A stretch of 64,000 nt of DNA from Campylobacter sp. VBCF_01 NA2. GTDB taxonomy: Bacteria; Campylobacterota; Campylobacteria; Campylobacterales; Campylobacteraceae. This document shows positions 56,675 through 64,000 of the stretch, one piece after another (position 1 is the first letter of the stretch; every line of letters begins with the position of its first letter). Below the pieces are notes generated by a model. The model did no database searches. It saw nothing but the letters and a program-made list of their open reading frames with translations, and had not been told where the DNA came from. Position numbers and translations under genes: made by a program. The stretch is from contig NZ_CP115607.1 of assembly GCF_027797205.1 (NCBI RefSeq), positions 1,541,288 through 1,605,287 of the forward strand. Reading direction: 5' to 3'.

Positions 56675-57594
56675 ATTTTCTCCACAAATGCTTTTTGATT
56701 ATTTTTCAAAATTTTAGCCAAAATTTTAAATTTTTCCAACTCCTTTTTTAGCGTGACGGCTGGGGAGTTTTCGCCAAGGAGCGGGTATGAAATATTTGGC
56801 TCGAAGCTGTTTTTACCAAGCGCGATATATAGCCAAATTTTGCCTCCCTCGCACGCTAGGCTAAGCGGGGCTTTGAAATAATCCCTAAGTGCGATTAGCT
56901 GCTCCATAAATTTGGGCGTTAGTATGTAATGCGCGCTGATAGGATCATTTGAGTATGTGCGGAAATACTGCTCAAACTCAGCGTTATCCATACTAACGCG
57001 TTTTAGGTGTGAGTTAGCTCTGGCGTTAGTGTCGATGACATGGAGCGTGGAGGCGAAATTTTGGTTAAATTCGGCTATAAGCGTTATGCCATAAAACAGG
57101 GTTGTTAGTTTGGGCGTTTGTTTTTGGTTAGTGTGTGTTTGTGTTTGTTTGGCGAGGTAAATATCGCAAAACTGCGCCTTCACGCCCTCGATTTCCCCGG
57201 CGAAAAAATCATCGCCTCTATACACGCTAAAACCGCTTTCATAAAACCCGGGCGCGTTAAATTCGGCGAATTCGAAAAATCTCTTGCGCTCGTAGCTTAA
57301 ATTTTCGTCTTTGGCGATTAGGCTTAGGATTTCGTCCTTAAAACGCGCGTTAAAGGGCGTTATAAGCCTAGCGTGCGAAATACTAAAAAACATAAGCGAG
57401 GCAAAAACGCAAATTATGCTAGAAATGAGCAAATCAGGCACAAATCGTAGCAAAATGGGAAGCAGGACGAAAATCAGAGCAAAGGAAGCGACCTTTAAAA
57501 TGCGTAAATTTTTGGCGATTTTTGCGCGCTTTTTTTCTAAAATTTCCAAATTTTGGATAATTTCTTCGTTTTTAAATTTTAAAATTTTTTCCAT
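56671..57594 (-). CDS. DUF3137-like membrane protein (LemA-associated), paralog 2
   Basis: Same architecture as the neighbour. Overlapping start and stop codons. Confidence 0.5.
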   Translation of the reverse strand: MEKILKFKNEEIIQNLEILEKKRAKIAKNLRILKVASFALIFVLLPILLRFVPDLLISSIICVFASLMFFSISHARLITPFNARFKDEILSLIAKDENLSYERKRFFEFAEFNAPGFYESGFSVYRGDDFFAGEIEGVKAQFCDIYLAKQTQTHTNQKQTPKLTTLFYGITLIAEFNQNFASTLHVIDTNARANSHLKRVSMDNAEFEQYFRTYSNDPISAHYILTPKFMEQLIALRDYFKAPLSLACEGGKIWLYIALGKNSFEPNISYPLLGENSPAVTLKKELEKFKILAKILKNNQKAFVEKI

Positions 57595-58154
57595 TATTTT
57601 AGCATTTCTGATAAATTTGGCGCGCGTTTTTCGCTATCATCGGCGGCGAAAAATTCGCTTTTTTTGAAGTGAAAAAAGCTAGCGATGAGGTTTGTGGGAA
57701 ACATTTCGCATGCGTTGTTATACACCATAACTGCGCCGTTGTAAGCGCGTCTAGCTGCGCTGATTTGCTCTTCGACTTCGCTTAGCGTGGCTTGGAGATG
57801 AAGGACATTTTCGTTGGCTTTTAGCTCTGGGTAGTTTTCCACAGCGATTTTTAGCGAGCCAAGAGTGCGCGAGAGTTCGGCGTTTAGGGCGAATTTTTGC
57901 GCGTCGTTTGTGGCGCTCATCGCTTCGCTTCGCAAAGCCGTGATTTTGCTCAATACTTCGCGTTCGTGCGTTAGGTAGGCTTTGACAGAGGCGAGTAAAT
58001 TTGGGATCAAATCGTAGCGTTTTTTAAGCTGTGTATCGACGCTAGAAGCGATATTCGAGACCTGATTTCGTTTGGCGATTAATGAGTTATAAATGCCAAT
58101 AACGGCAAAAATTAAAACTGCAATTATGGTTAAAAAGATAGTTAAAACGCCCAT
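57594..58154 (-). CDS. lemA: LemA-family protein
   Basis: Single N-terminal TM followed by the LemA helical domain (LIAKRNQVSNIASSVDTQLKKRYDLIPNL). ATG at 58154 has RBS aaaggga. The longer ORF to 58274 would overlap a tRNA. Confidence 0.75.
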   Translation of the reverse strand: MGVLTIFLTIIAVLIFAVIGIYNSLIAKRNQVSNIASSVDTQLKKRYDLIPNLLASVKAYLTHEREVLSKITALRSEAMSATNDAQKFALNAELSRTLGSLKIAVENYPELKANENVLHLQATLSEVEEQISAARRAYNGAVMVYNNACEMFPTNLIASFFHFKKSEFFAADDSEKRAPNLSEMLK

Positions 58155-58269
58155 ATTTTCCCTTTGAAAATGAAATTTTGCTATTTTAGCATAAATTATA
58201 TTTAAAATTTTGCGCTTTTTAAATTTTATATAAGTAAAATTTGGATAAACTCCATTTTTCCTACAATGT

Positions 58270-58346
58270 GTCAAGGTAGCTCAGCTGGTTAGAGCGCTGG
58301 TCTCATAAGCCGGAGGTCGAGAGTTCAAGTCTCTCTCTTGACACCA
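58270..58346 (+). tRNA. tRNA with CAT anticodon (elongator Met or lysidine-modified Ile2)
   Basis: gtcaaggtagctcagctggttagagcgctggt cuCAUaa gccgg...gttcaagtctctc tcttgac-a-cca. The anticodon stem lacks the three G-C pairs of an initiator tRNA. Confidence 0.75.
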
Positions 58347-58377
58347 TTTTTTTATACGATTTTAAATTACACCGATT

Positions 58378-59274
58378 TTAGCTTAGCGTCAATTCTTTTA
58401 GCGTTTGGATATGCGCTTTTGGGGGCAGTCCATACATGCGCGCGTATTCTCTGCTAAACTGACTTGTGCTCTCATAGCCCACATCAAATGCCACTTGCGA
58501 GACCGAAGTCGTGGTATTTAGCAGCATAAATTTCGCCTCTTCTAGCCTAATTCGCTTTTGAAATTCTAGCGGCGAAAGGGCGGTAAATTTTTTGAAATTG
58601 TGGTAAAAAGACGAAACGCTAATGCCGATTTTTTCAGCCAAATCGCTCATATTTATCGCTTCATTAAAATGCGCTGAAATCTCGCTGATAGCGTGTGCGA
58701 TTTGGTTTTGCATGGTGCCGTTTAGGATAAATTTGTATAAGAAATTCGCAGCCCCCTCATCGCCACTCATCAGCGAATACAAAACCTCTTTTACCGATAG
58801 ATTTACCAAATACTCGCTGTGCGCGCCACCTCGTTCTAGCAAATGCACCAGCCTAGCGATAGAATCAGCCAAATCGAAGCCGATTTTGCTCACATACAGG
58901 CTCTCTTTTAGCTTTTTTTTCGACGGAGTGAAATTTATGTTTTTGATCGCCTCTGCCAAATCATCGACTTTAAATTCGACAATAATTGACAAAAGTGGGC
59001 ATTGCGTAACCCTGCCCGAAATTGGTATGTGAGTAGGGGTGAGCATGAATTGGTCTTTGTTATAAAAATACTCTTTGCCGTTAAATTTCACTAGCTTGTT
59101 TCCGCGTAGAGCGATACAGATACTAGGCTTGTAAATTCCGCTGCGAAACTCGGTAATTTCGTCTGCGCGGTAAAATTTAATCTGCTCGATTTGTGTATCT
59201 ATAATGCCGTAATTTGGATAATTTTTATCAATAAAATTTGCGATTTCATCTAAAATTTTGTTTTTATCTTTCAT
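58378..59274 (-). CDS. AraC-family transcriptional regulator (cupin-like N-domain + dual HTH)
   Basis: C-terminal AraC HTH signature (VSQVAFDVGYESTSQFSREYARMYGLPP). Confidence 0.8.
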   Translation of the reverse strand: MKDKNKILDEIANFIDKNYPNYGIIDTQIEQIKFYRADEITEFRSGIYKPSICIALRGNKLVKFNGKEYFYNKDQFMLTPTHIPISGRVTQCPLLSIIVEFKVDDLAEAIKNINFTPSKKKLKESLYVSKIGFDLADSIARLVHLLERGGAHSEYLVNLSVKEVLYSLMSGDEGAANFLYKFILNGTMQNQIAHAISEISAHFNEAINMSDLAEKIGISVSSFYHNFKKFTALSPLEFQKRIRLEEAKFMLLNTTTSVSQVAFDVGYESTSQFSREYARMYGLPPKAHIQTLKELTLS

Positions 59275-59412
59275 TTTTACCCCTTTTGAAATTTTGATTT
59301 ATTTTAGCAAAGAATTTTAAATTTTGCAGAATTAGGCAATAAATTTGTAAAATTTGTCTATAAGAATTTTGTAAATTCGGTTATAATGTGCGAAATTTTT
59401 TAAAGGAGAATT

Positions 59413-60555
59413 ATGGAAAATTTCAGTTTTAAAAACCCTGTGCAGGTCGAATTCGGCAAGGGTAAAGAGAAAAATATCGGCGAGTATATGGCGAAATACG
59501 GCGTGAAAAAGGCGCTTGTCGTCTATGGAAGCGATAGAGTGAAAAAATCTGGGCTTTTTGATACAGCCGTAAATTCGCTCAAAGCGCACGGCATAGAATA
59601 CGCCGAGCTTGGCGGGGTCAAAAGCAATCCAGTGCTTAGCAAAGTCCATGAGGGCGTGAAAATCGCGAAAGAATTCGGTGCAGATAGCGTGCTAGCAATT
59701 GGTGGCGGAAGCGTGCTAGATAGCTGTAAGGCAATCGCGGCAGGAGCGTGCTATGAGGGCGATGTGTGGGACTTTTTCTTCGCAAAAGAGGTTCAAAAAG
59801 CACTTATGATTTTTGACATTATCACACTTGCCGCGACTGGTTCTGAGATGAATAGAGGCGGCGTAGTCACAAACGAAGCGACAAAGCAAAAATTTGGCAT
59901 AGATGGCCCAGCTTTGTTCCCAAAAGTTTCAGTTATAAACCCAGAGCTTCAAGCTACCGTAACGCCTGAGTATTTGGTGTATTCGGCTAGCGATATCATC
60001 GCGCACTCGATCGAGGGCTATTTCACAGCCACAAAACACCCTGAAATCATCGATATGTATATCGAAGCAAACATCAAAACCGTTATGAAAACAACTGAAA
60101 TTTTGCTTAAAAACCCTGATGATTACGAGGCTAGGGGCGATTTCGCGTGGGCTGCGACAATGGCGCTAAATGGGCTAACTTATGTGGGCGTGAGCGGTTA
60201 TAGCTACCCAAATCACATGCTAGAACACGCAATGAGCGCGGTGGTCGATTGTGCGCACGGAGCGGGGCTAAGCGTGATAATGCCAGCATGGATGAAATGG
60301 TATAAGAAAAATAATGAAGCCAAATTCGCGCGTTTTGCCAAAGAAATTTTTGGGCTTGACAGCGCAGAGGCTGGAATTAACGCGCTTAAAGCGTGGTTTG
60401 ATAAAATCGGCACCCCGACTACGCTTGGCGGGGTAAAAATTGGTGAAGCCAATGTGGGCGAAGTCATGGAAATCATCGTGCGAGACGCACCAAAATGGGG
60501 CTTACCACAATACGACGCAAAAGCTGTGAAAGAGATTTTTGATCTAGCAAAATAG
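59413..60555 (+). CDS. Iron-containing (group III) alcohol dehydrogenase
   Basis: Fe-ADH family motifs (GGGSVLDSCKAIA, Fe-binding His in HSIEGY/HAMSAVVDCAHG). RBS aaaggagaattATG. Confidence 0.85.
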   Translation: MENFSFKNPVQVEFGKGKEKNIGEYMAKYGVKKALVVYGSDRVKKSGLFDTAVNSLKAHGIEYAELGGVKSNPVLSKVHEGVKIAKEFGADSVLAIGGGSVLDSCKAIAAGACYEGDVWDFFFAKEVQKALMIFDIITLAATGSEMNRGGVVTNEATKQKFGIDGPALFPKVSVINPELQATVTPEYLVYSASDIIAHSIEGYFTATKHPEIIDMYIEANIKTVMKTTEILLKNPDDYEARGDFAWAATMALNGLTYVGVSGYSYPNHMLEHAMSAVVDCAHGAGLSVIMPAWMKWYKKNNEAKFARFAKEIFGLDSAEAGINALKAWFDKIGTPTTLGGVKIGEANVGEVMEIIVRDAPKWGLPQYDAKAVKEIFDLAK

Positions 60556-60559
60556 TCTG

Positions 60560-60594
60560 AAATTTGGCGGAATTTTAAAATTTCGCCAAAATTT
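60560..60594. terminator. Bidirectional palindromic terminator between the Fe-ADH gene (+) and the Sel1-like gene (-)
   Basis: aaatttggcggaattttaaaatttcgccaaaattt. Confidence 0.55.
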
Positions 60595-60597
60595 AAT

Positions 60598-61041
60598 TTA
60601 ATATCCCTCAGATTTTAACCATTCGCAGGCGCTTTGTTCGCCGTTTTTACACCTGCTTCTGAAATGTTCGACTGATGCCAAACCTCTTTGATAAACACTG
60701 CAAGCATTATCGGCATGCTCTTTGTCGCAACTTAGTTTTAGATATTTTAGTGTTTTTGGCGAATTTTCCTGTGCGCAATTACCGCGGTTGTAAATGCTGG
60801 CTAGTCTTATACAAGCAGTATAAATATGGGCTTCGTTGGAATTACATATTTTTTCATAGTATTTTATGGCTTTTGCGCCAACTTCAAAATTTTTGGTTTT
60901 ATCGCAACTATTTTCTAAATTTGTCGCCAACTCAAAGCATTTATCTAAATTTCCACCCTCGCACTCTTTTTCGAGCCCTGAAATTTGTGTGTTAGCAAAC
61001 GCACTAACACACAAAACCAAACAAAAAACAAAATTTTTCAT
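60598..61041 (-). CDS. Secreted cysteine-rich Sel1-like-repeat protein (Hcp-like)
   Basis: Signal peptide MKNFVFCLVLCVSAFA. Paired Cys spaced as in Helicobacter cysteine-rich (Sel1/TPR-like) proteins. Confidence 0.55.
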   Translation of the reverse strand: MKNFVFCLVLCVSAFANTQISGLEKECEGGNLDKCFELATNLENSCDKTKNFEVGAKAIKYYEKICNSNEAHIYTACIRLASIYNRGNCAQENSPKTLKYLKLSCDKEHADNACSVYQRGLASVEHFRSRCKNGEQSACEWLKSEGY

Positions 61042-61070
61042 AAATTTGTTAGCCTTTGTTAGCGCGTGAT

Positions 61071-62054
61071 TTACGCCATTATTACGCCATTTCCCTCGCA
61101 CACTTCGCCGATAACATATCCGTCAGTGTTAGCTAACACAAAATCAGCGTTAGCCTTCGGTGTGACTAACACCAAACCCACGCCGTTATTAAATGTGCGC
61201 TCCATTTCGCTAGCTTCGACCTTTTTGGCTAAAATTTTAAAAATCTCAGGCGTTTTGATTGCGTTTTTCTCGATTTTCGCGCCAAGCCCAGCAGGGAATA
61301 CACGAGGCAGATTTTCTACTAAACCACCACCCGTGATATGCGCGCAGGCGTGAATTTTATCTTTCAGTGCCAAAAACTCTTTTACATAAATTCTAGTCGG
61401 CTCCAAAAGCGTGTCGATTAGAGTTTTTTCGCCGATTTTCTCGTCAAATTTCAACCCTAGCTCAGAAACTACTCTACGCGCTAGTGAAAAGCCGTTTGAG
61501 TGCAAACCGCTACTTGGCAAAGCAATCAAAACATCGCCACGCTCTACAAATTTCGTGCGATCTATCTCGTCTTGCTCGGCGATTCCTACGGCAAAACCAG
61601 CCAAATCGAAATCTTTGCCCTCATACATCGACGGCATTTCGGCTGTCTCGCCGCCGATTAGCGCGCACTGCGCCATTTTGCAGCCCTCGGCGATACCTGC
61701 TACTACGCGTTTTGCGCTTGCGATTTCTAGTTTTGCTGTAGCGTAATAATCTAGGAAAAATAGCGGTGTAGCGAAGTTGCAGATGAGGTCATTGACACAC
61801 ATTGCGACTAGATCGATACCCACGCCGTCAAGCTTGTCTGTGTCGATTGCTAGGCGAAGTTTGGTGCCTACGCCATCTGTCGCGCCCAAAATCGCTGGTT
61901 TTTTATACCCGCTTGGTAGCGCGAACGCACCGCTAAATGAGCCAATTCCGCCAATCACGCCTGGGGTCATTGTGGATTTGACTAGGGGTTTTATACTTTG
62001 CACAAACTCATTTCCTGCGTCGATATCGACACCTGCTTCTTTGTAGCTAATCAC
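61071..62054 (-). CDS. purM: Phosphoribosylformylglycinamidine cyclo-ligase (AIR synthetase)
   Basis: PurM signature (SYKEAGVDIDAGNEFV, GIGSFSGAF, HITGGGL). Confidence 0.9.
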   Translation of the reverse strand: MISYKEAGVDIDAGNEFVQSIKPLVKSTMTPGVIGGIGSFSGAFALPSGYKKPAILGATDGVGTKLRLAIDTDKLDGVGIDLVAMCVNDLICNFATPLFFLDYYATAKLEIASAKRVVAGIAEGCKMAQCALIGGETAEMPSMYEGKDFDLAGFAVGIAEQDEIDRTKFVERGDVLIALPSSGLHSNGFSLARRVVSELGLKFDEKIGEKTLIDTLLEPTRIYVKEFLALKDKIHACAHITGGGLVENLPRVFPAGLGAKIEKNAIKTPEIFKILAKKVEASEMERTFNNGVGLVLVTPKANADFVLANTDGYVIGEVCEGNGVIMA

Positions 62055-62135
62055 GGTTTTTCCTTTTTTTGGATTTATTAGAAAATTAAATTATTTTAGC
62101 TAAAATTGCATAAAAACGCTATAAAGGGGTGTGAA

Positions 62136-62732
62136 ATGGCATATAAAAATGGTTATGTAATCACAGGCTCGATAGGATCTGGCAAATCTAGCGTTAGTAA
62201 AATTTTGCGTGATTTGGGCTATCAAATCATCGACGCAGACGAAATCTCGCACCAGCTACTGGACAAATCCTGGATAGATATTTCAAAAATTTTTGGCAAT
62301 GAATACATTATAAAAGACGGCAAATCCGTGCGAATCCGCAGGAAAAAGCTAGGCGATTTGGTCTTTAACGACAAGGCAGAGCTTGTCAAACTAGAAGCAA
62401 TCTTGCACCCAAAAATCAAAGATGAAATTCTAAGACAATCTGAAATTTTAGAACACCTAAATAAGCCGTTTTTTGCCGATATTCCGCTGTATTTCGAGCG
62501 CCAAAAATACGATGAATTCGACAAAATCATAGTCGTATATGCCCCGCACGACTTGCTTATAGAGCGCATTATGGAGCGAAACGCACTAACGCGTGAGCAA
62601 GCCGAGCTTAGAGTTAGTTTGCAAGCAGATATCGAATTTAAGCGTGCAAACGCAAATTTTGTTATAGAAAATGTTAGCGATAAAATAACACTTGAAAAAA
62701 ATGTGAAAAAATTTTTAAAGGAGATAAATTGA
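62136..62732 (+). CDS. coaE: Dephospho-CoA kinase
   Basis: P-loop ITGSIGSGKSS with a CoaE-typical layout. ATG at 62136 with RBS aaagggg. Confidence 0.8.
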   Translation: MAYKNGYVITGSIGSGKSSVSKILRDLGYQIIDADEISHQLLDKSWIDISKIFGNEYIIKDGKSVRIRRKKLGDLVFNDKAELVKLEAILHPKIKDEILRQSEILEHLNKPFFADIPLYFERQKYDEFDKIIVVYAPHDLLIERIMERNALTREQAELRVSLQADIEFKRANANFVIENVSDKITLEKNVKKFLKEIN

Positions 62733-63580
62733 ATTTTTCAAAGTATAACGCATGCGGAAATGATTTTGTAGTAGTTGAGTTTTCACAAAGTGCCGAGCGT
62801 GGCAGTCTAGCTAGGGTGCTTTGCAACCGCGCAGAGGGTATCGGGGCGAATGGATTTATTTCGTTAAGCAACCAAAAAACCCCTGGAAGTAAAGACAATA
62901 ATATCATTGTGGAATATTACAACCCAGACGGCACTAGAAGCCCGATAAGCGCAAACGCCGCAATGGTCGTGTGTATGTATGCTTATGAGCGATTTTTGGC
63001 TGGCAAAAATGTGAAATTCAAAAACGACGCCAATGTAATAAACGGCGAAATTCGCGGATTTGACACAGGCAGAAGCGTGAGTTTTGGCACAAAAAAACGA
63101 GATTCGAATTTTGGTCAAATTTATGGCATGGGCTCAAACCGCGCAATCACAGCAAATGTCGAGGTCGAGTTTGATAATGTCAATCGCCTTGGCGAGGGAT
63201 TTATGAGCAATGGCCACATGTGGTATTTATACGAGGTCGGTATGCCAAATGTCGTAACCTTTGTCAAAGATTTGAGCGCATACAACCACACCCTAGCTAC
63301 CGAGTTTAGCGAGAAATTTAATGCCAATGTAAGTTATGCTGAGATGAGTAACACGGGGGTTAGGGTGCGCACATACGCACACGGCGCGAAAAAAGAGGTG
63401 CTATCATGCGGAACTGGCATAGCTAGTGCATATATCGCGGGCAGAGCGCACTATAATCTGAGCGAAAACGCAAATATGGCGTGCGTGAGTGGCGAAAAAA
63501 TCGGCGTAAAAATGCGTGGCGAGACTGCGTGCATATCAGGCGATGTCAGACACCTTTTCGACGGCGATTTTATCGCGTAA
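62729..63580 (+). CDS. dapF: Diaminopimelate epimerase
   Basis: N-terminal F(S)KY(N)ACGNDFVVV motif and second active-site Cys (SCGTGIASAY). Confidence 0.8.
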   Translation: MNFSKYNACGNDFVVVEFSQSAERGSLARVLCNRAEGIGANGFISLSNQKTPGSKDNNIIVEYYNPDGTRSPISANAAMVVCMYAYERFLAGKNVKFKNDANVINGEIRGFDTGRSVSFGTKKRDSNFGQIYGMGSNRAITANVEVEFDNVNRLGEGFMSNGHMWYLYEVGMPNVVTFVKDLSAYNHTLATEFSEKFNANVSYAEMSNTGVRVRTYAHGAKKEVLSCGTGIASAYIAGRAHYNLSENANMACVSGEKIGVKMRGETACISGDVRHLFDGDFIA

Positions 63581-63589
63581 GGGGAGATT

Positions 63590-63964
63590 GTGAAAATCAA
63601 AAATATCGATCACTTTGTGATTTTAAGCGCAAATTTAGAGGCGACGCTGAAATTTTACGGCGAAATTTTAGGCCTTGAAATCGTGCAAAACGGCGCCAAA
63701 ATGGCGGTTAAATTCGGAGATTCTAAAATCAATATCCACCAAAAACTAGCCGAATTTCTACCCGTAGCGAAAAATCAAACCTACGGCTCGGCTGATTTTT
63801 GCCTAATCGCTCAGGGCGACATCGATGAAATCGCGCGCGAAATCACCTCTCGTGGCGCTGTGATCGAGTTAGGACCTGTGGAACGAACCGGCGCGCTTGG
63901 CAAGATGAAAAGCGTGTATTTATACGATCCAGACGGAAATTTGGTCGAAATTTCTGTTTATTAA
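63590..63964 (+). CDS. Glyoxalase/VOC-family protein
   Basis: VOC fold motifs (IDHFVILSANLEATLKFYGEILG). GTG start preceded by aaggggagatt. Confidence 0.65.
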   Translation: MKIKNIDHFVILSANLEATLKFYGEILGLEIVQNGAKMAVKFGDSKINIHQKLAEFLPVAKNQTYGSADFCLIAQGDIDEIAREITSRGAVIELGPVERTGALGKMKSVYLYDPDGNLVEISVY

Positions 63965-64000
63965 ATTTGGGCTAAAATTTCAAAATTTCATAAATTTATC

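Noticed and set aside
58155-58274. Longer LemA ORF starting at 58274
   Set aside because: It would overlap the tRNA(CAT) gene. The internal ATG at 58154 has a good RBS and begins exactly at the LemA TM helix.

Overview
This looks like a 64-kb chromosomal window from a Campylobacter-like epsilonproteobacterium, judged from its AT-rich intergenic 'aaatttt' motifs and the gene content. The core sequence is roughly 40-48% GC by eye and is densely coding on both strands. Recognisable housekeeping genes include bipA (5' partial), nrdA, purB, purM, hisF, ksgA, RNase J, kpsF, rlmN, coaE, dapF, three pseudouridine synthases and ybaK. There is a cluster of five tRNAs (Ser, Cys, Leu, Gly, Ala) plus separate tRNA-Ser and tRNA-Met(CAT) genes. 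Accessory and respiratory content includes a torB/torA-like TMAO/DMSO reductase pair, a cmeABC-type RND efflux operon, dsbA/dsbB, nikR next to a CNNM/CorC transporter, tpx, and an SbmA/BacA-family transporter coupled to a DUF2974 hydrolase. The most notable accessory feature is an eight-gene, translationally coupled minus-strand operon encoding a rhodanese, a TorD-like chaperone, an NrfD-type membrane subunit, a Tat-dependent molybdopterin catalytic subunit, a 4Fe-4S subunit, a small periplasmic protein and two very large multiheme c-type cytochromes (12 and 10 CXXCH motifs). The best candidate for an undescribed system is a very AT-rich 2.4-kb islet (52751-55182) wedged without intergenic space between a pseudouridine synthase gene and ybaK. 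It encodes two overlapping Cys-rich proteins, one with a C-terminal DUF559/Vsr-like PD-(D/E)xK endonuclease motif and one with an HNH-like zinc-finger nuclease motif. Two 13-bp poly-G tracts sit immediately upstream of a shared TAGAAT -10-like box in front of small-protein and lipoprotein genes, which suggests slipped-strand promoter switches. There are also several families of mosaic palindromic intergenic repeats, including a 180-bp nested inverted-repeat element downstream of bipA. No rRNA, CRISPR array, transposase or integrase was seen.
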